From assembly GCA_965223375.1 (NCBI GenBank), contig OZ245000.1:2715092-2779091 (forward strand): a stretch of 64,000 bases of DNA, in the 5' to 3' direction. The notes beneath the pieces are model-generated. The model did no database searches, was not told the origin of the DNA, and worked only from the letters and a program-made list of their open reading frames with translations. A program made the translations under genes and the position numbers. This DNA is from Candidatus Rariloculaceae bacterium. GTDB lineage: Bacteria; Pseudomonadota; Gammaproteobacteria; Steroidobacterales; Rariloculaceae. This document shows positions 63,110 through 64,000 of this stretch, one piece after another (within the stretch, counting starts at the first letter, position 1; each line of letters begins with the position of its first letter).

Positions 63110-64000
63110 ATGCGCATGGACAAGCTTACGACCCGCTTCCAGCAGGCGCTGCAGGATGCCCAGTCGCTGGCCGTCGGCCGGGATCACGCCTACATAGAAC
63201 CGCTGCACCTCGCCGCGGCGATGCTCGAGCAGGATGGCGCCAACATCGGCGGCCTGCTGACGAAGTCCGGGATCGACCTGAACCGTCTGCGAGCCGAGCT
63301 CGGCAAGGGGCTCGACCGCCTGCCGACCGTCGAGGGCACTGCCGGCGAGGTCCACGCGTCCAACGAGCTCGGCAAGACGCTGAACATCATGGACAAGCTG
63401 GCGCAGCAGCGCGGCGATGCCTACATCTCGAGCGAGCTGTTCGTGTTGGCGGCCCTCGACGCGAAAGGCGACCTCGCCCGGATTCTCGAGCAGTGCGGTG
63501 CCGTTCGCGGTGCGATCGAGCAGGCGATCGACGAGGTCCGCGGCGGCGAGGCGGTGGCCGATCCGAACGCCGAGGAGACGCGCCAGGCGCTCGACAAGTA
63601 CACGATCGATCTGACCGAGCGCGCGGAACAGGGCAAACTGGATCCGGTCATCGGGCGCGACGACGAGATCCGCCGGACCATCCAGGTGCTGCAGCGCCGT
63701 ACGAAGAACAATCCCGTGCTGATCGGCGAGCCGGGTGTCGGCAAGACCGCGATCATCGAAGGCCTCGCGCAGCGGATCGTCAACAGTGAAGTTCCGGAGA
63801 GCCTGAAGTCGAAGCGCGTGCTGTCGCTCGACATGGGTGCGCTGATTGCCGGCGCCAAGTTTCGTGGTGACTTCGAGGAGCGGCTCAAGGCCGTGCTGAA
63901 CGAGCTCAGCAAACAGGAAGGCCAGATCATCCTGTTCATCGACGAGCTGCACACGATGGTCGGCGCCGGCAAGGCCGAAGGGTCGATGGATGCCGGCAAC
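63110..64000 (+). CDS. clpB: chaperone/disaggregase ClpB, 3' end cut by window edge
   Basis: Open frame from ATG 63110 to the window end (not in the ORF track because it has no stop). [23 protein letters not shown].., [27 protein letters not shown], Walker A GEPGVGKT. Confidence 0.95.
   Translation, partial: MRMDKLTTRFQQALQDAQSLAVGRDHAYIEPLHLAAAMLEQDGANIGGLLTKSGIDLNRLRAELGKGLDRLPTVEGTAGEVHASNELGKTLNIMDKLAQQRGDAYISSELFVLAALDAKGDLARILEQCGAVRGAIEQAIDEVRGGEAVADPNAEETRQALDKYTIDLTERAEQGKLDPVIGRDDEIRRTIQVLQRRTKNNPVLIGEPGVGKTAIIEGLAQRIVNSEVPESLKSKRVLSLDMGALIAGAKFRGDFEERLKAVLNELSKQEGQIILFIDELHTMVGAGKAEGSMDAGN

Overview
GC-rich proteobacterial chromosomal core segment with gammaproteobacterial-type synteny. 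It is almost gap-free: 59 protein genes plus the RNase P RNA.

Gene order:
- tkt (5' partial)-gap-pgk-glycerate kinase-like-pyk-patatin
- mgtE-rapZ-hpf-rpoN-lptB-lptA-lptC (minus strand)
- ibaG-murA-petABC-sspAB
- diaA-yraN-lpoA (minus strand)
- rsmI-rnpB-[Pmra]-mraZ-rsmH-ftsL-ftsI-murE-murF-mraY-murD-ftsW-murG-murC-murB-ftsQ-ftsA-ftsZ-lpxC
- DUF721 gene (minus strand)
- M23 peptidase-secA-mutT
- zapD-coaE-pilD-pilC-pilB-pilA-pilR-pilS (minus strand)
- sucC-sucD-nadE
- bamD (minus strand)
- rluD-pgeF-clpB (3' partial)

I saw no rRNA, tRNA, CRISPR array, transposase, integrase, phage gene or recognisable defence gene. I did not find a convincing novel multi-gene system; this reads as an ordinary housekeeping region.

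The points most worth a second look:
- a 26-bp perfect inverted repeat filling the nadE/bamD convergent spacer
- a dcw cluster carrying murB where ddl is expected, with no ddl anywhere in the window
- a near-consensus Pmra promoter followed by four phased GTGGG boxes
- a perfect sigma54 promoter for pilA in a fully collinear pilSR-pilA-pilBCD cluster
- an M23/LytM protein whose HxH motif reads NLH
- a lineage-specific insertion in SecA
- reduced rpoN and lpt neighbourhoods (no ptsN/npr, kdsDC or mlaFEDCB)

Start codons were chosen from N-terminal family conservation, Shine-Dalgarno (SD) context and overlap logic. All family calls rest on motifs read in the supplied translations, not on database searches. 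Many long reverse-frame ORFs in the track are artefacts of the high GC content.
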